From sequence record MW822008.1: a stretch of 64,000 bases of DNA; one strand, 5' to 3'. The stretch's first letter is position 1. Every line of letters begins with the position of its first letter. The notes beneath the pieces were generated by a model. That model was not told where the DNA came from, did not search any database, and saw only the letters and a program-made list of their open reading frames with translations. This document shows positions 47,931 through 55,994 of this stretch, piece by piece. The position numbers and the translations under genes were made by a program.

Positions 47931-50720
47931 ATGTTAAACAATAATATTGATAATATTGTACAACTTCTTTATGGGCATCACAAATTTATTGAAAGAAATA
48001 CTGGTGATACAATAGACCCAACAGTACAACATTATGTGGTGAATAATCAGGGTGTTTTGGCGAACAACCGTCATTTTATTAACTATTCTGCAATGGAAGG
48101 TCAACCAAACGGTGACGGGACAACAGAAGGTCAAAGTCTATTAATTTTAGGATACATTTATGCGTATCTGGCAACAAATGATCCAATGTTTTTAGATAAG
48201 GCAAAGTGGTACTGGGACGCATATCATCAGTACTTTTATGCTGGACGTGAATTACCAGATCCACCTACACCACTACAATGTAACTGGATAGTTAATGCCA
48301 AAGAACCTATATTGGCTAACTGGCCTTTAGCTGATGATGGCTGGCCCACACATGGTGGTTTCAAGGGAGTAGAATTTACATTTACTAATGGTCAATGTAA
48401 AATACCACATGGTGCACCATATTATGGTCAGTTCTTGGATAAAGTGACATTTGCATTCAAAGGTGCGTTAGCATGGAACCAAATAAATGCTTCAGTAAAA
48501 GCATTATTACCAGATGGTAGTGTTGATTGGGATACACCAGGTGAACAATATGATGTTGACTGGATTATCGATTTCATGGGTAGAAAAATCGACTGGGATG
48601 GTAATATTTTAGAAGAAGGTTTTGACGAATCTGAAAAAGGAACTGTTCAATTAAAGAATACAACAATTAATGGTGTATATAAATTAAATTTTGCAAATCG
48701 TCAACCAGTAGAATATGGTGGTGTGATAATTCAACGAAATGAAATGCAACACAACCGCCCTCTTCATGTTCCAATTGATTTGGAATTTGCTGATAACGCA
48801 TCAGATGCAGAATTATGGTTTAGTGATGCTTCTTATTTGTTATATAAAATAACAAAAGAAAGAAAACATTATTTGGGTTGGAAATGTTCACTACTAACGT
48901 GTTATGCTTATGGTGATATTGACTCCAGAGATAAATTTTTCAGACAAAGTACAATTGTAACCACACCATTCACTGATGGTATTTCCTATGAATATTTTTA
49001 TCCTAGTGATGCTATTGCTAAGTTTGGTAGAAATTCTCTAGGATATATTACTATCAGGCAAGACCAAAGTGCACAAAGTACTATGGAACAACAAGCTATT
49101 TGGTTCAGGGTCAATGCTGATTCTAAATTACTTGTAGACTATGGTGGTGTATGTGATGATGGTAAGCCGTTATCATTTAAACCAGTACTGGAATTGTCAA
49201 AAACAAAAAATGACCATGATGTTGTTCGTTATCGTTGTGGCTTACCGGAAAGTAAAGACCAAAATATCACACATTCATTAACACCTTTAAGTGCATTTGT
49301 TAGAGAAAAGAAAGCAGATGGTTCCCCTTATATAATTGCTGATAGTAGAATTGTTGTTCCTTATGGTGCAGCTACGTCCGAAATGATATATAGTACTGAT
49401 ATATTAGTTACACGCCGCGATACCATTAATCAGTTAGTTTGTGGTGAAGATGATGGTGCTGTTATTGGATTTTGGCTATTAGCAACAAATAAGTCTGAAG
49501 TTAAATCTTTTACCTATCGTTCATATGAAGATGATTACAATATAAGAATTGTAGATGATAATGGTTGGAGATGGTGGTGGATGATTCCTGCAACACACGG
49601 GGAATGGACTACAATCACACTAAGTTCCGATACATTACGTTTATCTGGGTATCAGCCAAATCATCCAAGTTCTGACCCAAGACCAGATGCACCAGTTTAT
49701 AGTGAACTAGAAGATATTACTATTTTACCTGATACAACCCCAGTAGATGGTGTTGCTGCAATAATTGATTGGTATTGTATTAATGACATTCCAGAATTAT
49801 ACACGGATGCTGACGGTGATGACTATACTATGACATTTTCAATAACAATTGCAGGTGAATCACCATATACTGCACAGTTAGGGGATTGTGTAATCAAGGA
49901 TTATTTGTTAAACTCATTGCATTACACACCAGGAACAATACCATTTTCTAACATCACTGACCCGTATGCGAACCAGTATTCAGGATGGCGTGGTTTACCG
50001 TATCCAGGTTATCAATATCCTGTGATATATTGTTTTAAAGACCAGCCAGTAGATAACACACGCTTAGGAAACATGTTAAGCTTTATGAAAGATTCCCAAA
50101 CATGGTTTACTCAACAATTCGGTACTGTTGGTCCGTGTGCACAAGCATATGTTTGGAACCGCTGGGATAACTTAAAATATGGTGAACCAGATACATTTAC
50201 TATGCTACATTGGGGTGATCAAGCATGGAGTGGGTATGAACCACGTGCGTTCTTTGGGGCTGCCAGAGCATGGCAAGAACTCGCAGAGAGAGGAATTGAA
50301 CCACCAGCAGATCTTGTTGAATTTTGTGAGAATTGGATTCACTTTTTAATTCAATTTCAAAAAGATAATGATGGTCGTTCACCAACAATCTTCAATAAAG
50401 ATGGCACAGTTGAAGGTCCAGATTGGGACTTTACAGGTCATATGTGTGGGTTGTGGTTAGCTGGGGCTTGTGCTGCTGGATTGGCTGGATGTAAAATAGA
50501 AGGTCTAACAACACTCGCTGATAACTTAGTTCTCGAACTTCAAAAGAATTATGTTATTGTAAATCCAGGTTCACCAATGAATGGTTCATGGAGTCCAGCA
50601 GTTAGAGAAGGTACTGATAATGGTATGTTTTTTGGTTTCTGGGCAGGTGAGATTATGCGTGGATTGGGATTATACTCAATGTACCGCTTAAACACACCAA
50701 ATCGTTTCCGTGATTTATAA
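47931..50720 (+). CDS. large glycoside hydrolase family 8-like protein, probably virion-associated
   Basis: GTTEGQSL and DNASDAELWF match the GH8 catalytic Glu and Asp regions; 929 aa, rich in Trp/Asp. Confidence 0.65.
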   Translation: MLNNNIDNIVQLLYGHHKFIERNTGDTIDPTVQHYVVNNQGVLANNRHFINYSAMEGQPNGDGTTEGQSLLILGYIYAYLATNDPMFLDKAKWYWDAYHQYFYAGRELPDPPTPLQCNWIVNAKEPILANWPLADDGWPTHGGFKGVEFTFTNGQCKIPHGAPYYGQFLDKVTFAFKGALAWNQINASVKALLPDGSVDWDTPGEQYDVDWIIDFMGRKIDWDGNILEEGFDESEKGTVQLKNTTINGVYKLNFANRQPVEYGGVIIQRNEMQHNRPLHVPIDLEFADNASDAELWFSDASYLLYKITKERKHYLGWKCSLLTCYAYGDIDSRDKFFRQSTIVTTPFTDGISYEYFYPSDAIAKFGRNSLGYITIRQDQSAQSTMEQQAIWFRVNADSKLLVDYGGVCDDGKPLSFKPVLELSKTKNDHDVVRYRCGLPESKDQNITHSLTPLSAFVREKKADGSPYIIADSRIVVPYGAATSEMIYSTDILVTRRDTINQLVCGEDDGAVIGFWLLATNKSEVKSFTYRSYEDDYNIRIVDDNGWRWWWMIPATHGEWTTITLSSDTLRLSGYQPNHPSSDPRPDAPVYSELEDITILPDTTPVDGVAAIIDWYCINDIPELYTDADGDDYTMTFSITIAGESPYTAQLGDCVIKDYLLNSLHYTPGTIPFSNITDPYANQYSGWRGLPYPGYQYPVIYCFKDQPVDNTRLGNMLSFMKDSQTWFTQQFGTVGPCAQAYVWNRWDNLKYGEPDTFTMLHWGDQAWSGYEPRAFFGAARAWQELAERGIEPPADLVEFCENWIHFLIQFQKDNDGRSPTIFNKDGTVEGPDWDFTGHMCGLWLAGACAAGLAGCKIEGLTTLADNLVLELQKNYVIVNPGSPMNGSWSPAVREGTDNGMFFGFWAGEIMRGLGLYSMYRLNTPNRFRDL

Positions 50721-50721
50721 C

Positions 50722-50750
50722 TTGACATAGAAAAAGTAATTATGTATAAT
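50722..50750 (+). promoter_or_regulatory. consensus sigma70 promoter
   Basis: TTGACA-17 nt-TATAAT. Confidence 0.88.
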
Positions 50751-50751
50751 C

Positions 50752-50782
50752 AGAGAACTTCATATGGAGTTCTCTTTTTTTT
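50752..50782 (+). terminator. rho-independent terminator of the GH8 gene
   Basis: AGAGAACTT-CATAT-GGAGTTCTCT followed by a T-run. Confidence 0.8.
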
Positions 50783-50795
50783 ATAAGGTGATAAA

Positions 50796-51215
50796 ATGTT
50801 AAATGAACGTATTAAAAATGCACTACATGTATTGAACCAAGAAGTCAATTCTATTCATAAAAGTACTGACCGTTATAAAGTAATGCATGAAATCAAACAA
50901 GAATTGGAATCTATTAATAAGGGAGAGTGGTGGTATCTTCAGCCCGAATATCAAACTCGTGAATTAAACGATGTTGAAAAAGAAATTGTCAAATTCATCA
51001 CTACTCGTTATTGTGATACATCAGAGAATGATGTATCAGCGAACTTCAATCTTACTAAATTGGAAGTCGAAGAAAAATTCCATTTTGATTGGCTTGATTG
51101 GATTGAAATGGTAATGGAACTAGAAGAAAAATTCAATGTTGAAGTTGATGAAAAGTTCGAGAATAATGAAACTAAGCTGTATGAACTAGTAGAACATATT
51201 CAAAAAATGTTGTAA
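50796..51215 (+). CDS. acyl-carrier-protein-like protein lacking the phosphopantetheine serine
   Basis: FDWLDWIEMVMELEEKFNVEV aligns with ACP [21 protein letters not shown]. Confidence 0.65.
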   Translation: MLNERIKNALHVLNQEVNSIHKSTDRYKVMHEIKQELESINKGEWWYLQPEYQTRELNDVEKEIVKFITTRYCDTSENDVSANFNLTKLEVEEKFHFDWLDWIEMVMELEEKFNVEVDEKFENNETKLYELVEHIQKML

Positions 51216-51268
51216 AACTATACAATTGTATACTCTAAATAATATCATCAACTATAGGAGATATTATT

Positions 51269-51643
51269 ATGAGTATGTTAGAAATAATTGTTTCAAAAAT
51301 TCTTATTCCATTTTGGAAACCAATTTCTTTTGTATTATTAATTGGCGGTTCAGCTTATGCTGGTTGGGAAGCTAATACTTATTACAGTGGATATCAACAA
51401 AGCATAGAGCAACAAATAGCTAAAAAAGTTGATACCGCCTTGGATAAAATGCAACAAGAAAATGCAAAAAATTACCTTGAAACTAAAAAAATCATGGAAG
51501 ATAATGCTAAAGTTATTGAAACAAAGGTTCCTTTTATTGTAGAACGTGAAGTTTATAAGAATGTATGTTTAGATGAAGATGGTGTAAAAGTACTGAATGA
51601 ACTAAAACAAAATTCTCAAGCAGCGAGGAATAAATTCAAATGA
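51269..51643 (+). CDS. putative inner-membrane spanin (Rz-like)
   Basis: N-terminal TM segment, coiled coil and YKNVCLDEDG motif, adjacent to a lipoprotein gene. Confidence 0.75.
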   Translation: MSMLEIIVSKILIPFWKPISFVLLIGGSAYAGWEANTYYSGYQQSIEQQIAKKVDTALDKMQQENAKNYLETKKIMEDNAKVIETKVPFIVEREVYKNVCLDEDGVKVLNELKQNSQAARNKFK

Positions 51644-51948
51644 AAAAATTATTAGTTCCAATGATTTCTTTTTTAATTATAAGTGGGTGTGCCGAGCAAG
51701 TAAAACTACAATCCCCCGCACCAATTAAACAAGAAATTCTGTTAGAAAGATGTGATGATGATACACCTCTACCACAAAAAATTATGATTGACAAAAATGG
51801 TTTTAAAGGTTATGATGGTGCAGAAATTCTTAAAGTACTTACTCGTTGGGATGCAGTCTACAATGAATGTGCTTTAAAACACGACGCATTGATTAAAACT
51901 ATTCGTGATTTACAAGGTAAAGATATTAAAATCAATATCAAGGAATAA
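51640..51948 (+). CDS. putative outer-membrane spanin (Rz1-like lipoprotein)
   Basis: Lipobox ISGC, Pro-rich segment, YNECALKHDAL. Confidence 0.75.
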   Translation: MKKLLVPMISFLIISGCAEQVKLQSPAPIKQEILLERCDDDTPLPQKIMIDKNGFKGYDGAEILKVLTRWDAVYNECALKHDALIKTIRDLQGKDIKINIKE

Positions 51949-51949
51949 A

Positions 51950-52561
51950 ATGAACAAATATCATGTTTACTATACGACAAAATTATCACTTCTTGAAGAA
52001 TTAAATCAACGAAGTACTAAGATGAAACGCTACACTTTAAATGGTATTACTTTTCGATATTTCCCACAAAAAGTTCTTACTTTTGTTAAGAATCCAAAAT
52101 GCGTGGCATGTGGGATTGAAGCTACTGAAGTACGCATTGAACGTTCATTATGTTCTGATCCAGTATATGGTAAACCACATTTAAATGTATATGCTGTATG
52201 TGGTCTTTATGAAGTTTTAATGACAGTTGACCATAATCATCTGGCATCTAAGGGTGGACCTGATTTAGAGTCAAACTTTAATACTATGTGCTCCAGATGT
52301 AATCAACTACGTTCGAATAAAACTGAAACAGTTGATGAGTTTCTTGAGAAAGTTAAAGGTCGTAATCTTCTCCAAGAACATATGAATAATTTCTTTAATG
52401 TACAAAAAAAGAAAAATAACATTGACAAGTCGAAACTACTAGAAGAACGTAGGTTACGTCAAGAATTATGGGAAACCGATCATCTATGGCATGTTCGAGA
52501 GTTTGGTCGTCATATGAAAGCTTTGAAAAAAGAACAGAAGAAATTGAATAAACATGATTGA
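51950..52561 (+). CDS. HNH endonuclease
   Basis: CVAC ... TVDHNH.ASKGG....N...MCSRCN. Confidence 0.8.
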   Translation: MNKYHVYYTTKLSLLEELNQRSTKMKRYTLNGITFRYFPQKVLTFVKNPKCVACGIEATEVRIERSLCSDPVYGKPHLNVYAVCGLYEVLMTVDHNHLASKGGPDLESNFNTMCSRCNQLRSNKTETVDEFLEKVKGRNLLQEHMNNFFNVQKKKNNIDKSKLLEERRLRQELWETDHLWHVREFGRHMKALKKEQKKLNKHD

Positions 52562-52572
52562 TATGATATTAT

Positions 52573-52602
52573 AGGGACTTGAGTATTCAAGTCCTTTTTT
52601 TT
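52573..52602 (+). terminator. rho-independent terminator
   Basis: AGGGACTTGA-GTAT-TCAAGTCCTT followed by a T-run. Confidence 0.85.
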
Positions 52603-52613
52603 GGAGAAAATAA

Positions 52614-52970
52614 ATGAAATCTAAAATCTTTTTACCACAATTAATGTGGCATCTAGCAGAGTTAGATGAAAATGATGAATATACTGACTATGGTGCATGG
52701 GATGACAGTACTGAAACTTTTAAACCAGATGTAAAATATAAAATCATCTGCAATGAAAGCAAAGGGCACAGAAGGTGGACTGAAGAATTTGATCTCGTAT
52801 TTCTTGACATGAGCACAAATAAGTTTTATCATTGTACTTATGAACGAGGTTTAACAGAAGATAGACCAGTACAACCATTCAGTACTGAAACTGATGGTGT
52901 TAAGTGCAATGAAGTTTCTGTTACCAGAGAAGAAATTATCACTTATCGAACTTTGTGGAAATATTTGTAA
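52614..52970 (+). CDS. hypothetical protein
   Basis: GGAG RBS. Confidence 0.75.
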   Translation: MKSKIFLPQLMWHLAELDENDEYTDYGAWDDSTETFKPDVKYKIICNESKGHRRWTEEFDLVFLDMSTNKFYHCTYERGLTEDRPVQPFSTETDGVKCNEVSVTREEIITYRTLWKYL

Positions 52971-52971
52971 A

Positions 52972-53370
52972 ATGCTTAAAGAATTAGATTTTTCAAACTT
53001 AGAAATTATCAGTGCTGTAAAAAACATTTCCGATATGGGAGATGAGAAAGCAGTTCTTGTTACTATTACTTTTGTAAAAGAAAAAGATAGCTATAGCCAT
53101 TTAACTGGCATTGAAGAACTAATTCATAAAACCAATCTTGAGAATGATGGTAAACTCATCAAGCTTCAGGCTTCCTATACGCAAAAAACGTCAAATTTTA
53201 TAGACCTAAATAATGTAGTCAAGGTGGTATACAATCATCCTGAACACACATATAGGAACACGACAAGAAATGAAAATGTTGCTAACGATTCGAATATTAT
53301 CGAAGATGTTGAATTCATAAACACAATTTTTGATCGTTGTTCTAAGGATTTAAAAAAAGTATACATGTAA
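52972..53370 (+). CDS. hypothetical protein
   Basis: ATG at 52972. Confidence 0.7.
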   Translation: MLKELDFSNLEIISAVKNISDMGDEKAVLVTITFVKEKDSYSHLTGIEELIHKTNLENDGKLIKLQASYTQKTSNFIDLNNVVKVVYNHPEHTYRNTTRNENVANDSNIIEDVEFINTIFDRCSKDLKKVYM

Positions 53371-53399
53371 TGGGACATTATATGTTCCAATGATATAAT
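53371..53399 (+). promoter_or_regulatory. promoter of the candidate ncRNA
   Basis: TGGGAC-17 nt-TATAAT with extended -10 TG. Confidence 0.7.
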
Positions 53400-53676
53400 G
53401 TATATAGAAAATGACAACGGACATTGAAAAATGGACACTGAGAACCTACTTCTCTTGAAAATGTAAAGGATAGATGAGCTTTACCGTTGTAGCGAACAGC
53501 AGAAGAAACCTGTTAGAGTACTGGCATTCAAACAAACACGATGTAAGACCACGAATCACGGCGACACGGCTGTATAAAGAACTCCGATAAGCATACAGAG
53601 AGTTCCTAGATAGATGTATAAGGTTCGCACCTTACCAGATTTGCTAAGGGAGTTCAAGAATAGCGGACGCAATTTT

Positions 53677-53858
53677 TACAAGAAAGTTGCGTCCAAAATT
53701 TGAGAACAAGTACTACTTTGATCGAATAGAGTTAGTACTGAGTGCTGTTGATGAAAAGACCAGCGACCGTTGCATATGACTGCGATAGAGAGAAACCGAG
53801 CAACCCGCTTTCGCTCTCTAAATTTTGGTACAAGAAAGATCCGTCCAAAATTTGAGAA
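53677..53858 (+). repeat. 30-nt direct repeat pair (53677-53706 and 53829-53858, 2 mismatches)
   Basis: TACAAGAAAGTTGCGTCCAAAATTTGAGAA vs TACAAGAAAGATCCGTCCAAAATTTGAGAA. Confidence 0.9.
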
Positions 53859-53894
53859 ATTCGCAATTCGATAATATCCGATGCCATCATCGTC

Positions 53895-53920
53895 AAGAGA
53901 GACTTAATTGTCTCTTTTTT
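53895..53920 (+). terminator. rho-independent terminator
   Basis: AGAGAC-TTAATT-GTCTCT followed by a T-run. Confidence 0.75.
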
Positions 53921-54060
53921 ATTACCTTCATTCCCCTGCGGGGGGATGTAATAGTCCTCAACAAATCCCGTCAAGTTTTTAAAGTACATTATCATTTTCA
54001 GAAGGAACTAGTTTACGAAGTAAACGCAGTGACTTCTTGAGTTACGAGAGAACGAAGTGA

Positions 54061-54489
54061 ATGAGTAACACAACGAAAATATCCGATAAATCCGAATTAA
54101 CACAAATGTTATTCAAAGAATATTTTGAGTTTCAGATAAAAGACGAACATCAATTACCACAGCAATATTTGAAAAGAATTAAAGATCCGTCAGTAATTAC
54201 TAAAGAAACTAATTTTTATAATAGTATTTTGGATTTCGTTAAATCAGTTCATACAACAAGACCTATTGTAGTTTTGTTTTTTGATAAATCTATTCCTTTA
54301 GTAGTTCCTGAAAATGTATTTTTTATTTCAGAAACTGATTTAAATAATCAAAGTACTGTAAGTAGATTAAGAAATTGCTTACTTGTAGTATGTGATTCTT
54401 CTTTGTATAATAACAGAATACTATGGGATAGAAGTAAACGCAATGCAGTTTCGGAAATGAATCCTGAAATTACCTTTATTATTAACTAA
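54061..54489 (+). CDS. hypothetical protein
   Basis: ORF track. Confidence 0.65.
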   Translation: MSNTTKISDKSELTQMLFKEYFEFQIKDEHQLPQQYLKRIKDPSVITKETNFYNSILDFVKSVHTTRPIVVLFFDKSIPLVVPENVFFISETDLNNQSTVSRLRNCLLVVCDSSLYNNRILWDRSKRNAVSEMNPEITFIIN

Positions 54490-54521
54490 ATAATAAGAGA
54501 ATAACTCTAAGGAGAGATATT

Positions 54522-54962
54522 ATGGAAGATATTAATGATTTACGACACGTAATGGACTTTATCGGAAGTACTGAAGAAGATAATTCATATGATGAAGTAC
54601 TATTAACTTTTATTGAAAATAGTTTGTTTTTAAGTTCTGCTGCACATAACTGGCACTTACAATGTCATTTTTATACAAAGCATTTACAATTAGATGAACT
54701 ATATAAAGAATTACCAGAATATGTAGACGCATTTGTTGAAGGTATCATGAATAATCGTGGTGCTTTGCAAGTTGGGACTGGTAATAGTTATCGTTTTACA
54801 CCAATTGAAGATTGTGTACCAATTCTTGAAGAATATGTTGAGCAATGCAGAGCAATTCATGATATGCTTGAAGAATCGGGTGATTACGGCAGTGTAAACA
54901 CATTAGAAGATATTATGAGTTTTGTTGAAGGAACACTTTACAAACTTAAAGTTTTACAATAA
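54522..54962 (+). CDS. ferritin/Dps-like four-helix protein (DUF5856-like)
   Basis: AHNWHLQ...KHLQLDELY..LPEYVDAFVE; CTAAATA upstream; AAGGAG RBS. Confidence 0.75.
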   Translation: MEDINDLRHVMDFIGSTEEDNSYDEVLLTFIENSLFLSSAAHNWHLQCHFYTKHLQLDELYKELPEYVDAFVEGIMNNRGALQVGTGNSYRFTPIEDCVPILEEYVEQCRAIHDMLEESGDYGSVNTLEDIMSFVEGTLYKLKVLQ

Positions 54963-55010
54963 ACTATATGGTGAGTCGCTATGACTCTCCTTTTCTTTTG
55001 GAGAAATAAT

Positions 55011-55628
55011 ATGAAATCGCATGAGTTAGCAAAATTACTACTATCTCAACCAAATCTAGAAATTTATCATTATGATGCAGAGAGTGACTTGCATTATCAG
55101 AATTTTGATAATAGATTAATGGTTACACCATCTGGTATTTTCACAACGGTAAAACCTACATCAGTTTCTGAAAATGTACTTACACCATACGAAACCCCCC
55201 TCTTGGGTCATGTGCAAATTTTCTTTAAGGATGGTACTATTACTCCAAAATTGGAGGGTTCACATATTCAAACTGTTCTTAGCTTAGAATATGGGTTGGT
55301 ATTTAACATTCCTTATGAAAAGCCAATTGTTTTATTAGGTAAAAATAAATCAACACAATTCTCTAATCAACATGCTGTTTGTTATACATCTGATGATATT
55401 GATTTCATTTCAGTACTGACAGAATATGATCCTAATACTTGGCATGAAACATGGGAAAATATGTCATATGATGAAGCAATTGAATGTGGTAAAAATTTAG
55501 CCAAAATGTTATTTCCACCGAAAAAAGAACTTTCACAAGAACAAAATGAATCATTTTCTAAAGATTTTCCTGATTCTGAATTCAATGTTAAAGTATCACC
55601 TTCTATGATTGATAAAATTGAAAAATAA
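55011..55628 (+). CDS. hypothetical protein, paralog pair D
   Basis: MKSHELAKLLLSQPNLEIYH. Confidence 0.75.
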   Translation: MKSHELAKLLLSQPNLEIYHYDAESDLHYQNFDNRLMVTPSGIFTTVKPTSVSENVLTPYETPLLGHVQIFFKDGTITPKLEGSHIQTVLSLEYGLVFNIPYEKPIVLLGKNKSTQFSNQHAVCYTSDDIDFISVLTEYDPNTWHETWENMSYDEAIECGKNLAKMLFPPKKELSQEQNESFSKDFPDSEFNVKVSPSMIDKIEK

Positions 55629-55640
55629 AAGAGGTTGAAC

Positions 55641-55994
55641 ATGAGTGATTACCGCGTAACATCTGGACTAATGGCACGTCTTATTGAAGCAGTTCCTGAA
55701 GATGATTATGAAGCTATTTCAGATCGTCTTTTTGACGCAGATTCTAAACTCCATATTACATATGATGGTGCATTGATTTACAGTACTGATATTGATATGT
55801 CTAGTTATGAATTTGAGATTTCTTTTGGTAACAAACTAACTACTGAAGAATTCGCTCGAAAATGTGAGCGTGAAGGATTCTGTATTGATATTAGTTCAGT
55901 TCAGCCATATACATCACTGTGGTATGATGGTGCTGATAGTCCAATGTCTACTACATCTTTACAGGATTTTCTAAATGCAAATCAAAAAGATTAA
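55641..55994 (+). CDS. hypothetical protein
   Basis: GAGG RBS. Confidence 0.7.
   Translation: MSDYRVTSGLMARLIEAVPEDDYEAISDRLFDADSKLHITYDGALIYSTDIDMSSYEFEISFGNKLTTEEFARKCEREGFCIDISSVQPYTSLWYDGADSPMSTTSLQDFLNANQKD

Larger units (their letters stand above)
53406..53920 (+). ncRNA. candidate large structured non-coding RNA (~515 nt)
   Basis: Promoter before and terminator after, no credible ORF, several hairpins, an internal 30-nt direct repeat and raised G+C. Confidence 0.55.

Noticed and set aside
53677-53858. Possible CRISPR mini-array
   Set aside because: Only two repeats, 122 nt apart, and no cas genes in the window.
53406-53920. tmRNA, RNase P RNA or tRNA identity for the candidate ncRNA
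   Set aside because: No tRNA-like acceptor/T-arm ends with CCA, no GAGGAAAGTCC-type RNase P signature and no cloverleaf found by eye.
53895-53960. Group I intron-like R/S words (GAGAGACT ... ATAGTCC) around a P8-like hairpin
   Set aside because: P7 pairing is imperfect, J8/7 does not match the consensus, and no interrupted gene flanks the region; an Rfam covariance search would settle it.
53732-54040. ORFs 53732..53995 (-) and 53825..54040 (+), plus a 15-codon ORF at 53411
   Set aside because: No RBS, atypical composition, and they cross the terminator and hairpins; a non-coding interpretation fits better, though translation is not excluded.
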